Below are positions 9,503 to 17,571 of a stretch of DNA of 64,000 bases, in pieces (within the stretch, counting starts at the first letter, position 1; each line of letters starts with the position of its first letter). The translations under genes were made by a program, and so were the position numbers. A model generated the notes under the pieces. That model was not told where the DNA came from. It was given only the letters and a program-made list of their open reading frames with translations, and searched no databases. The stretch is from Escherichia coli (GTDB taxonomy: Bacteria; Pseudomonadota; Gammaproteobacteria; Enterobacterales; Enterobacteriaceae), in NCBI GenBank assembly GCA_902500055.1, contig GCA_902500055.1_4131.1; one strand, written 5' to 3'.

Positions 9503-9542
9503 GTATAAATCCCTTTATGATTAATATATACTATATTTATTC

Positions 9543-9869
9543 CTATAGCAAGTCGTTATCCATATCATCCCACACAGAATCAATGATGTTTGCTGCTATC
9601 TTTTTAGACATTTTAAACCACTCCGTGTTTGGTTGTCTAGTTGCATTCATTTGTTTAAGCCTTTTATGTATCTCTTTTTCAGCTAAACGTGCGTCTTCAA
9701 AGTGAACTTCATGATAAACTTCAAAATCACGAAACGGGGTAGCTGTCTGATACGTTCTCAAACGCTCTGTCATTTCAGATTTAGAAGTGAAACCAATCTT
9801 AACATAGTCAGGCCATGCAGAGTTTATTATAACATAACATATCTGTGACATAGATTCAATCTCCATCAT
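9543..9869 (-). CDS. Stand-alone T5orf172 / GIY-YIG-like domain protein (homing-endonuclease-related)
   Basis: 108 aa; ICYVIINSAWPDYVKIGFTSK...ERLRTYQT matches the T5orf172-type pattern (hydrophobic strand, KIG.T, R..RL). Confidence 0.55.
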   Translation of the reverse strand: MMEIESMSQICYVIINSAWPDYVKIGFTSKSEMTERLRTYQTATPFRDFEVYHEVHFEDARLAEKEIHKRLKQMNATRQPNTEWFKMSKKIAANIIDSVWDDMDNDLL

Positions 9870-9890
9870 TAATATGGAGATATTTATCTA

Positions 9891-10250
9891 TCAATTAATA
9901 GTGAATTTTAAACCAATATCAATTAAACGTTGAAAAGGATTATGTGGCTGAAATTCCGAGGGTTCTTGTGCAATGTTTAGCACAGGAGCATCAGAATGCA
10001 GCAGCGACATACGTTCTCTATAATGATCGATGTATTCTTCATACAACATATCTTCAGTATGTGTATTAAGTATATCTTCTATGAAAGAATCTAAACTATA
10101 ATCTAATCTATCATCATTATAATACAATGTTTCAGTGGCTTCATCGTATCCAACTAACGTACCATAAGGAACATTTATTTCTATATTTGAGTACTGGCTC
10201 TTTAAGTACTCTTCTCTTTTAAATTTGTATACAGTTAACATCCGTGTCAA
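9891..10250 (-). CDS. Hypothetical protein (119 aa)
   Basis: ORF only; acidic, no motif recognised. Confidence 0.5.
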   Translation of the reverse strand: MTRMLTVYKFKREEYLKSQYSNIEINVPYGTLVGYDEATETLYYNDDRLDYSLDSFIEDILNTHTEDMLYEEYIDHYRERMSLLHSDAPVLNIAQEPSEFQPHNPFQRLIDIGLKFTIN

Positions 10251-10264
10251 CTCCTTTAGATTGT

Positions 10265-11419
10265 TTACTTAAAGGTATTTACAATTTCCAGTACAGATTT
10301 TAGATACTTTTCATCAAACGTTTCAGTAAATCCTGACGGCAACTCTTCAGTACTTACTACTCCACTTTCAATGTACTGCTTGATAAACTTTTCCAGTAAG
10401 AGGGGTTTATTACCATCTTCGAAGAAACGTTCTACTAGTACTTCATGGACGAATTCAGAATCACGACTCTGTTCGTTCACTCTACGTTTCATATCACCAG
10501 TGATTCCATATTTGTAAACGGTTTTATCTTTATTAGTTAGTTTCTGTACATAAAAATATCCAGGCTTGGAAGTCTGATAACCATACTTACCGCATTTTGG
10601 ACAACCACGACCTGTCAAATGTGCTTTAGGTTGCTGATGAAAAATATTTTTACAATTGTTGCATTTTATCTCGACCATTTTTTCACTATGCTCATACATA
10701 ACAGATGAGTAATCATAATTATTGTTATGAACTTTTACAGCTTCTGCAATAAATTGCTCGGTTGTTCTCCCACCTTTACCTGAACATATACCACATCCTG
10801 ACTTCCCAAGTATCAATGTTTTTGGATCAACTTCCCAATCATGATTTCCTTCATTGCAATGCACTGTGACTTTTGTTGTTCTGTTAATATAGTTGGTTTT
10901 TTGGAAACTAAATTTATCACCATAATTACGTTTAACAATTTTTATAAATTCATTATTCGTATGCACTACATTAATATTACAAACGTTACATCCAGCACCA
11001 GTTAATAACTTATTTGGTGTTATGTGAAAATAACCATTATGTTTAGTGCAGAATATTGTAACTGGAGTTTTTGCATTAACATAAACCAATTTATCAAATT
11101 TAAATTTTTCAGTCCCGAATTTCTTTTCAACTTTTAAAATGAAATCATCATTATTGGAACGCTGGGACATGTTACTATAACAGTTAGAGCAAGTACATGA
11201 GATATGACGAATTGCAGACTTTGTATTTTCAATACCACATTTGTTACATTTCAAGGTAGTTTTGCTAGATTTAAAAATCATCGAATTAAAATCAAACTCA
11301 CCATACATTCCATATTTTTCATTCATTTTCTTTTTGAAATTTTCAATTAACATTTTCAATTTACTCAACTTGGTTTCGATTTGATAATTATATATAATTA
11401 AAAATATTCTGTCAAGCAT
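10265..11419 (-). CDS. Homing-endonuclease-like protein: four zinc-ribbon repeats plus C-terminal T5orf172/GIY-YIG-like domain
   Basis: Repeated units ending in paired Cys (CNKC, GCNVC, GCGIC, GCPKC). C-terminus GYFYVQKL...YKYGITGDMKRRVNEQ. Start ambiguous: 11419 chosen because the track start at 11560 would overlap the capsid gene; no RBS seen. Confidence 0.55.
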   Translation of the reverse strand: MLDRIFLIIYNYQIETKLSKLKMLIENFKKKMNEKYGMYGEFDFNSMIFKSSKTTLKCNKCGIENTKSAIRHISCTCSNCYSNMSQRSNNDDFILKVEKKFGTEKFKFDKLVYVNAKTPVTIFCTKHNGYFHITPNKLLTGAGCNVCNINVVHTNNEFIKIVKRNYGDKFSFQKTNYINRTTKVTVHCNEGNHDWEVDPKTLILGKSGCGICSGKGGRTTEQFIAEAVKVHNNNYDYSSVMYEHSEKMVEIKCNNCKNIFHQQPKAHLTGRGCPKCGKYGYQTSKPGYFYVQKLTNKDKTVYKYGITGDMKRRVNEQSRDSEFVHEVLVERFFEDGNKPLLLEKFIKQYIESGVVSTEELPSGFTETFDEKYLKSVLEIVNTFK

Positions 11420-11430
11420 TTTTTTAACAC

Positions 11431-11457
11431 AAAAGAAAAGGGACTCCGAAGAGTCCC
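11431..11457 (-). terminator. Rho-independent terminator of the major capsid gene
   Basis: GGGACTC-CGAA-GAGTCCC hairpin followed on the minus strand by TTTTCTTTT, 45 nt downstream of the capsid stop. Confidence 0.7.
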
Positions 11458-11501
11458 TATTGTTTTTATATTCTTGATTAAATCTTTTAAATCGTTTATA
11501 A

Positions 11502-12677
11502 TTACATGAAAGTAACGTTTTTGATAGCGATTTTGCTGTAGTAGTCAGCAGCGTTACCAAGAGATGAAGTACTGTCGGTTAGCTGAACGTAGCCATAGCG
11601 TGTTAAAAATGTGGTCACGAGTTCACCAGTGTTAGGGTCCATTACAGTACCAGAAGCCATTAGTGGGATGTATGGGCAATAGAATACACCAGCATCAGTT
11701 TCCGCATTACCTTTATAACCAATTAGAATATCTTCTGCATCACTAGCATAGGTATCAACGAAAATACGCATAGTGCTGTTTAGAGTACCTACAAACTTAA
11801 CGTTAGTTGGTGCTTCAAAAGTACCTTCAGTGGTACGTGCAAAGCTAGAAGTAGTAGCAGATTGTAGAATGGTTAGTGCAGTTGGGGAAACAACAGCCCA
11901 GTTTGCAGCACCACGCTTAGTACGACGAGCAACTTCGTTTGCTTGACGGTTAATTAGAGTAGCTAGAGCAGCGTGCTCATCACCAACGAAGGTTGCAACA
12001 CCAGTAACTTTAGATTGGTCATAAGTTACAGCAGCAGCACCAGGTAGTGCACGTAGACGGCTTAGTAGCTCTTGGTCGATTTCTACAGTAACTTCTTGAG
12101 CGATTGCAGCCATTAGTTCTGCTTCAACGTCAACACCATGTTGGGATTGAGCATCTTGTGCAGATTCAACAGTCCAACGTGCAGATAGACGACGAGATTT
12201 CGCTTCAACAGTTTCACGTAGAATACGGATGTTAACGCGACGACCCATAGTACCTTCTAGTTGGCTAGTAGGAGCAGCTTGTGGGTTGCTATTATCCGCA
12301 TTTAGATCACCAGAGTAGGATTTAGCGATTTTGTATGGAGAAAGCATTTCTTCACCAGCGATTACACCAGGTGCGTTATCAGCATATTGTACACGTAGGG
12401 TGTGGATCTGACCAACTGGACCAGTCATAGGTTGAACACCGATGATTTCGTTAGCAATAACGGTTGGCATTACACGACGCATAATTGGTAGAATCACTTT
12501 GTTTAGAGTAGCGATGTTACCAGCGGTAGTTGCACCAGAAGTTGCGGATTCAGTTAGCATAACTTTACGATGGTTATCAAGAACAGTTTCCATTACAGAC
12601 TTACGAGTACCCTGTAGACCTTCAACTAGTTTCTCTTTTACTGCTACCCATTTGGATTCATTTAGTAGTTGTGACAT
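11502..12677 (-). CDS. gp23: Major capsid protein (T4 gp23-like)
   Basis: NEIIGVQPMTGPVGQIHTLR, IEAKSRRLSARWTVESAQDAQSQHGVDVEAEL and GYKGNAETDAGVFYCPYIPL match conserved gp23 blocks. AAGGAG RBS; late promoter upstream; terminator downstream. Confidence 0.9.
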   Translation of the reverse strand: MSQLLNESKWVAVKEKLVEGLQGTRKSVMETVLDNHRKVMLTESATSGATTAGNIATLNKVILPIMRRVMPTVIANEIIGVQPMTGPVGQIHTLRVQYADNAPGVIAGEEMLSPYKIAKSYSGDLNADNSNPQAAPTSQLEGTMGRRVNIRILRETVEAKSRRLSARWTVESAQDAQSQHGVDVEAELMAAIAQEVTVEIDQELLSRLRALPGAAAVTYDQSKVTGVATFVGDEHAALATLINRQANEVARRTKRGAANWAVVSPTALTILQSATTSSFARTTEGTFEAPTNVKFVGTLNSTMRIFVDTYASDAEDILIGYKGNAETDAGVFYCPYIPLMASGTVMDPNTGELVTTFLTRYGYVQLTDSTSSLGNAADYYSKIAIKNVTFM

Positions 12678-12722
12678 TATATATCTCCTTAAAGATGTTA
12701 TATTCGTTTTTCAGTATGATAT

Positions 12723-12730
12723 TATTTATA
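12723..12730 (-). promoter_or_regulatory. T4-type late promoter box TATAAATA upstream of the capsid gene
   Basis: Exact TATAAATA on the minus strand, 45 nt upstream of the ATG; embedded in a longer block repeated upstream of the 14595-15419 gene. Confidence 0.6.
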
Positions 12731-12768
12731 GAACTGAAAAATTTGATTATTAAAATGCTTTAAAATGT

Positions 12769-13884
12769 TTATTTTTTATTGATACCTGAAAGAACATCGA
12801 GTTCTTTTAGGAATGCCATATCGTCAGCGGTCATTTCTTCGCTTTCAACAATAGCCTGACGGTTGCCAGTGATTACTTTACCTTCTGCAAGAGTTTTCTT
12901 AGCGGAAGACTGAACTGCTTGACGAGTGGTAGCAGATTCATTTACTTTAGTACCGTTAAGTACTGACTTATGGTACTTGCTGAAATCTTCTTTAAGCTTT
13001 TCAGTAGGTGAAGTAGCTAGAAGAGATTCCATAATTTGTTTTTGCTGTGCAGTTAGTGGTTTTACTAGTTCAGACATAATCGCATTACGTGCTTGTGCAT
13101 CTTCCATAATACGTAGTTTGGTTTTAGCAGCTTTAACCGCATTAGCAGTTTCATGTAGTTCTTGCTTAACTTGAGCAATTTCATCTTCTTTAGATTTAAT
13201 TGATTCAGTTAGGGAACGTAGCAATGAGTTTTCATTAAATTGTTTGACATTAAACTCTTGAGCAAATGCTTCAAAGATTTTACGACCAAACATATTTTGT
13301 TTTGCTTCCACTAGATCTTGTTTCAACGCATATAGATTCTTCTGAGTGGTTTCTGCAATATATTTAGCAGCACTTTCAGATGTACGTTTGATGAAGTTAT
13401 TACGAGCTTCAGCAATTTGACGTGAACCTTCAGCAAGTAGTTTAACGCGAGTTTCAACTAGTTGACGTTTTTCAGTGTGGAATTCTTTTAGCTCTTCTGC
13501 TAGGATACCGTTAGAAAAATTAACGAATTTACCCATGCATTCATGAAGATGCTTACGTTCTTTACGCATTTGTTTAACTTCTTCAGCCAAAACAGAGTTT
13601 GAAAACGCAGAGAAATTGCTTAGTGTTTTACGTAGAGTTACACGATCTTCAACAAGACGTTTTTTCTCTTCATATACAGCACCCATTTCTTCAGCAATGA
13701 CTTGAGTAACCATAGTGTTCAAACCTTCGGTTAGTTCAGCCAAATCTTGCTGATAACGGCCTTTCATTTCTTCACGCATCTCTGCGGCTAGTGTGTTCTT
13801 TTCTTCATTCCATGCTTCCTGAATTAGCTGTTTTGCCTCATCAGAAAGAGATGATTCTTTTAGAAGCTTTTCTAATTTAGACAT
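12769..13884 (-). CDS. Prohead scaffolding protein (gp22-like, coiled-coil rich)
   Basis: 371 aa, E/K/Q/A-rich with heptad-like periodicity; sits between the gp21 protease and the gp23 capsid gene as in T4. Confidence 0.6.
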   Translation of the reverse strand: MSKLEKLLKESSLSDEAKQLIQEAWNEEKNTLAAEMREEMKGRYQQDLAELTEGLNTMVTQVIAEEMGAVYEEKKRLVEDRVTLRKTLSNFSAFSNSVLAEEVKQMRKERKHLHECMGKFVNFSNGILAEELKEFHTEKRQLVETRVKLLAEGSRQIAEARNNFIKRTSESAAKYIAETTQKNLYALKQDLVEAKQNMFGRKIFEAFAQEFNVKQFNENSLLRSLTESIKSKEDEIAQVKQELHETANAVKAAKTKLRIMEDAQARNAIMSELVKPLTAQQKQIMESLLATSPTEKLKEDFSKYHKSVLNGTKVNESATTRQAVQSSAKKTLAEGKVITGNRQAIVESEEMTADDMAFLKELDVLSGINKK

Positions 13885-13931
13885 TCGTTCTCTCCTTTAA
13901 GTACTGAAATATCTGTACTTCAACATACAGA

Positions 13932-13939
13932 TATTTATA
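13932..13939 (-). promoter_or_regulatory. T4-type late promoter box TATAAATA upstream of the scaffold gene
   Basis: Exact TATAAATA on the minus strand, 48 nt upstream of the ATG at 13884; overlaps a 9-bp perfect inverted repeat (13909-13917 / 13926-13934). Confidence 0.55.
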
Positions 13940-13950
13940 TTTTTAAAATG

Positions 13951-14574
13951 TTAACCTTTTAATTTCTTGAAAAAATCGTATATTTCAGAATCTAAATTAT
14001 TTACTTTTTTAGATTCAGTGATTTTTTTAGAACTATTACAAGGTGATCCGTACTTACTCATCAGAGATTCAAATACCGCTGTTGGGTATGCTTCTGGAGC
14101 ACTAGGTTGAGCAACAATATCAATAGTGATAATTTCAAAATCAGAAACTATTCCATTATAATCAACGTTACCGGAACCGCGAGAACTTACACCAAGTTTT
14201 ACACCAGCCTCTAGCATTTTACGGATATTTTGACCATGTGCAGTATCAAGTAGTTTGATTTCTGCCATACCATTAGCACCTTCCATCCAAACCTTAGTAA
14301 TCATTGCTGCTACTCGGTCTAGGTTAATAGTTAGTGTTTCTGGATGGTCACATTCAACAAGAATGCTTTCACCTTTAGCTAAACGCTGGTTCATGTTATT
14401 TACTGCCCTTGTAATTTCAGATAAAGGGTAAATTCTCTCGTTCAAATTTCGTTGGTCGGCTTGAATAGCAATACCACGAAGATAGCAGTCACGCCCACCA
14501 AATCCATTATCACGATGTTCCAAAACAACTTTAGAATCATTGAATGAAGACCATTCACGAATCATACTACTCAT
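13951..14574 (-). CDS. gp21: Prohead core protease (T4 gp21-like)
   Basis: YLRGIAIQADQRNLNERIYP, ECDHPE, LGVSSRGSGNV and IITIDIVAQPSA match gp21 signature blocks. AAGGAG RBS. Confidence 0.9.
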   Translation of the reverse strand: MSSMIREWSSFNDSKVVLEHRDNGFGGRDCYLRGIAIQADQRNLNERIYPLSEITRAVNNMNQRLAKGESILVECDHPETLTINLDRVAAMITKVWMEGANGMAEIKLLDTAHGQNIRKMLEAGVKLGVSSRGSGNVDYNGIVSDFEIITIDIVAQPSAPEAYPTAVFESLMSKYGSPCNSSKKITESKKVNNLDSEIYDFFKKLKG

Positions 14575-14594
14575 AATGATCTCCTTTCAGATAT

Positions 14595-15419
14595 TTATTT
14601 TAGTTTAGGTTGTGCTTTGCTTAGTGGTGATTTAGAATTAGATGCAGTAGTTTTTGGTGCTTTAACATCTTTCATTTCACCGCGAGCATTTTTACCAAGA
14701 TCTAGACTATCTTTTGGTAGAACAGATTTATCATCTAGGTCTAGTAGTGGTGCTTGGTCAGTTTTCTTAGCGAATTTAACTGGCTCTGCTCCTGCTACTG
14801 GAGATTTAGCTTCTGGTGCTACTGGAGATTTGGAATGAGTGCCAGCTTTTTCTTTCTTATCAACTGGAGCAACTTTTTCTAGTTTGAAGGATTCACCGAA
14901 TTTTTCATCACCGAATTCAACATCAGCAAATTCGTCGTCACCGTCAACGCCAACTTCTTCTTCGCTATCTTCTACTTCTTCTTCAGAATCTAGATCAACT
15001 TCACCGTCACCGATTTCATCAAACATTTGTTGTAGGCCACGGAAAGCATCTTGGATTGATTCCCATTGGTCTTCGGAAGGAACATCAGCATCAGCTTTCA
15101 CTTCAACGTCAACATCGTCTTCACCGTCACCATCTTCATCAGCAGAGAATTCAACTTCTTCTTCTGCACTTTCATCTTCTTCACCAAGGGTGTATTCGAT
15201 TTCAGCATTTAGACCTTCGTCTGGTTGTACATCAAAATCTTCGTCAAGCTTTTCTTCATCTTTGACTTCACAATCTTCATCTTCCATGCTTTCTTCTAGT
15301 TGTTTGTTAATTTCTTGAGCTTGCTCAACGAAATACTTACGCATTTTTTTATCAGCAATATCTTGTTCGCCATTTGCAAACGCCGCAATTGCTTCTTGTA
15401 GTAGTTTTAAATTCGCCAT
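14595..15419 (-). CDS. Highly acidic prohead core / scaffold-associated protein
   Basis: Long D/E tracts in the middle, basic Lys/Pro-rich C-terminus; lies between portal and protease genes. Start set at the Met with a GGAGGA RBS (15419). Confidence 0.6.
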   Translation of the reverse strand: MANLKLLQEAIAAFANGEQDIADKKMRKYFVEQAQEINKQLEESMEDEDCEVKDEEKLDEDFDVQPDEGLNAEIEYTLGEEDESAEEEVEFSADEDGDGEDDVDVEVKADADVPSEDQWESIQDAFRGLQQMFDEIGDGEVDLDSEEEVEDSEEEVGVDGDDEFADVEFGDEKFGESFKLEKVAPVDKKEKAGTHSKSPVAPEAKSPVAGAEPVKFAKKTDQAPLLDLDDKSVLPKDSLDLGKNARGEMKDVKAPKTTASNSKSPLSKAQPKLK

Positions 15420-15520
15420 TATATCCTCCATAGATATATTACATTCGTATAAAGTATGATATTATTTAGTACTGAATAAAATCGCCTTTTTTAAAAGCTT
15501 TAAAAAGTGCGATTTTTGAT

Positions 15521-15748
15521 TTACATTAACCCAGAACCGTCACCTGTTGGTGCAGCGGCATAAACAACTGCAACCACATTTTTGCGGCGTTGTTCTTCAT
15601 GTGCTTTAAATTCACGGTACTTTCTTAAGTTGTTTAATACTTGTAATGTTAGTTTCGGTTTTCTGGAATCAGTAATTTTATATACGTTCTGATCATCTTC
15701 AGGGTCGTACATTGAATCACTGCTAGATTCAAAGATGTCCTTTAACAT
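15521..15748 (-). CDS. Small hypothetical protein in the head module (75 aa)
   Basis: ORF between the portal and acidic core genes; function assigned by position only. Confidence 0.45.
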   Translation of the reverse strand: MLKDIFESSSDSMYDPEDDQNVYKITDSRKPKLTLQVLNNLRKYREFKAHEEQRRKNVVAVVYAAAPTGDGSGLM

Positions 15749-15820
15749 TTGATCTCCTTGAAATATGCATTATAAATGAGGGTAAAATAAACCCTCATTC
15801 TTATACACTGTTATTTATGT

Positions 15821-17560
15821 TTAAAAAGAATTGCCTAAATTATTAGGGTCAAAACCACCACTTCCACTCTGTTGCTCTTGATATTCGGCATCAGCACTTT
15901 CCAAATTACCTTCTCCATCAATACCAAGATCCATTCCAGGATCATTTGGAGCATCAATACCAACAGACTGCAATCCTGCGGAATCTTCTTCACCACCAGA
16001 AGGTTGGGAACCATCTTGTGGATTCTCTTGTAACCACATTTGTTCATTCTTAACAATATCAGCTTTAGAAAAGCCCATTTTTTCAAGAATTGTTTGTTTC
16101 GCCATATAAGGCAAGTCATTAAGAGGAAGATATGTATTAATTAGTTTAGCATCTAGTTCAGCTTTACGATAAGAAGCTAAGTTAATAGGTGGATTCATAA
16201 TAACTTCAAAAGATGAAGTACTAATGTTATATCCATTTTTAACCATAAATCTTTTGAATTCAGCATCAAAATGTTTTGCAACTAAACGTTGATAACGCAT
16301 ACATTGATTATTGAATCGCAATTCACTTGCCATAGCTTGTGTAGCACCATCACCAAATAATGAAACACCACCATCATCTGGACCTTGTGGTAGATATGAA
16401 GCTGGTATTTGAAGACCACGAATCAATTTATTATTGAAATAACGTAAGTCATCAATTTGTCCTAAGTTATCACCGCCTGGTAATGTTTGAACATCTGAAC
16501 CACGACCTTCAGAAGTTTGTGGGAAAAAGTAGTCTTCTAAAATGCTTAATGGATTATACGCTGCATCCATTAGTGAAGTACTTCCACCTTTGTTTGAAGG
16601 TATTCTACGCTGGTGGATTTCATTTTTAAATCTTTCAACATATGCCATTGCTTGGTGAGCTTGCATATCACCGACATCGATTTTAAATACGCGACGTTCC
16701 GGTGCACGTTGAACACGATAGATAATAATACTATCTTCCAGAAGTTCTTTTTGTTTATAGACTTTAAATACGTCCTCAAGTATACTAGTACCAAAGGGCC
16801 ATACTCCATCTTGTCCTGTATTTAGTGTCAGGTGAATAACGTGTTCTGCACCTACTGGGATAACATCTAGTTGACCGTTAGTACTGAATGGATCAGCAGT
16901 ATTTCCTTGACTTGTAAAACCAGATGCACCACCCGCAGCTACTGAACCACCACCACCCATTGTTGTCGGAATAGCTCCTGGATAAGCGGTTTTATCAAAT
17001 CCTACTTGAAGGTTACTAAAAACTTTATCTTTCAAATTTAATGATACGTCACGTATATAATAAATTACTGGTGTTTTACCAGTGGCTTCGTTAACAAATA
17101 CTTGCTCAACATTTTTGGGACTTACCCAATACCAATCGAATGTTTCTGGATCTCGAATGAAAAATTGATCACCATATTTCAGAAGACCACGCACAATTTC
17201 ATACATTCGTGTTTTAAAATCATTTTGTTCAGTCCATGCATCTAAACGATCTTCAATAGTCGTTACTTCAGTATCACCAATATCATCTTTATATTTGATT
17301 TTATATGGTAAACCAAAATCTTCAGTACTTTGGGTACAAAAGTCAGCAATTATATTCAATGCAGTTCTAATTTCAGGATCTTGGTCCATTTGCTCATACT
17401 GACTATAACGCTCAGTACGGTTTGCCAATCCATTATATACAACAGGAAGATAGGAAGCGAAATTTGTTTTCGTTCCTGTTGATTTATTGCTATTACTGGA
17501 CTGATTTGGGATGGTCGATAGTTTAGACCTTCCCACTGTCATATGTCGTTTCCAACTCAT
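15821..17560 (-). CDS. Portal vertex protein (gp20-like), by size and position
   Basis: 579 aa, immediately upstream of the core, protease, scaffold and capsid genes on the same strand; Gly/acidic C-terminal tail. No motif verified. Confidence 0.55.
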   Translation of the reverse strand: MSWKRHMTVGRSKLSTIPNQSSNSNKSTGTKTNFASYLPVVYNGLANRTERYSQYEQMDQDPEIRTALNIIADFCTQSTEDFGLPYKIKYKDDIGDTEVTTIEDRLDAWTEQNDFKTRMYEIVRGLLKYGDQFFIRDPETFDWYWVSPKNVEQVFVNEATGKTPVIYYIRDVSLNLKDKVFSNLQVGFDKTAYPGAIPTTMGGGGSVAAGGASGFTSQGNTADPFSTNGQLDVIPVGAEHVIHLTLNTGQDGVWPFGTSILEDVFKVYKQKELLEDSIIIYRVQRAPERRVFKIDVGDMQAHQAMAYVERFKNEIHQRRIPSNKGGSTSLMDAAYNPLSILEDYFFPQTSEGRGSDVQTLPGGDNLGQIDDLRYFNNKLIRGLQIPASYLPQGPDDGGVSLFGDGATQAMASELRFNNQCMRYQRLVAKHFDAEFKRFMVKNGYNISTSSFEVIMNPPINLASYRKAELDAKLINTYLPLNDLPYMAKQTILEKMGFSKADIVKNEQMWLQENPQDGSQPSGGEEDSAGLQSVGIDAPNDPGMDLGIDGEGNLESADAEYQEQQSGSGGFDPNNLGNSF

Positions 17561-17571
17561 TATTTTCGTCC

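Noticed and set aside
14839-15318. 159-aa plus-strand ORF (Ser/Thr-rich) inside the acidic core protein gene
   Set aside because: It is the antisense frame of a low-complexity GA-rich coding region; no RBS, and it lies entirely within a well-supported minus-strand gene.
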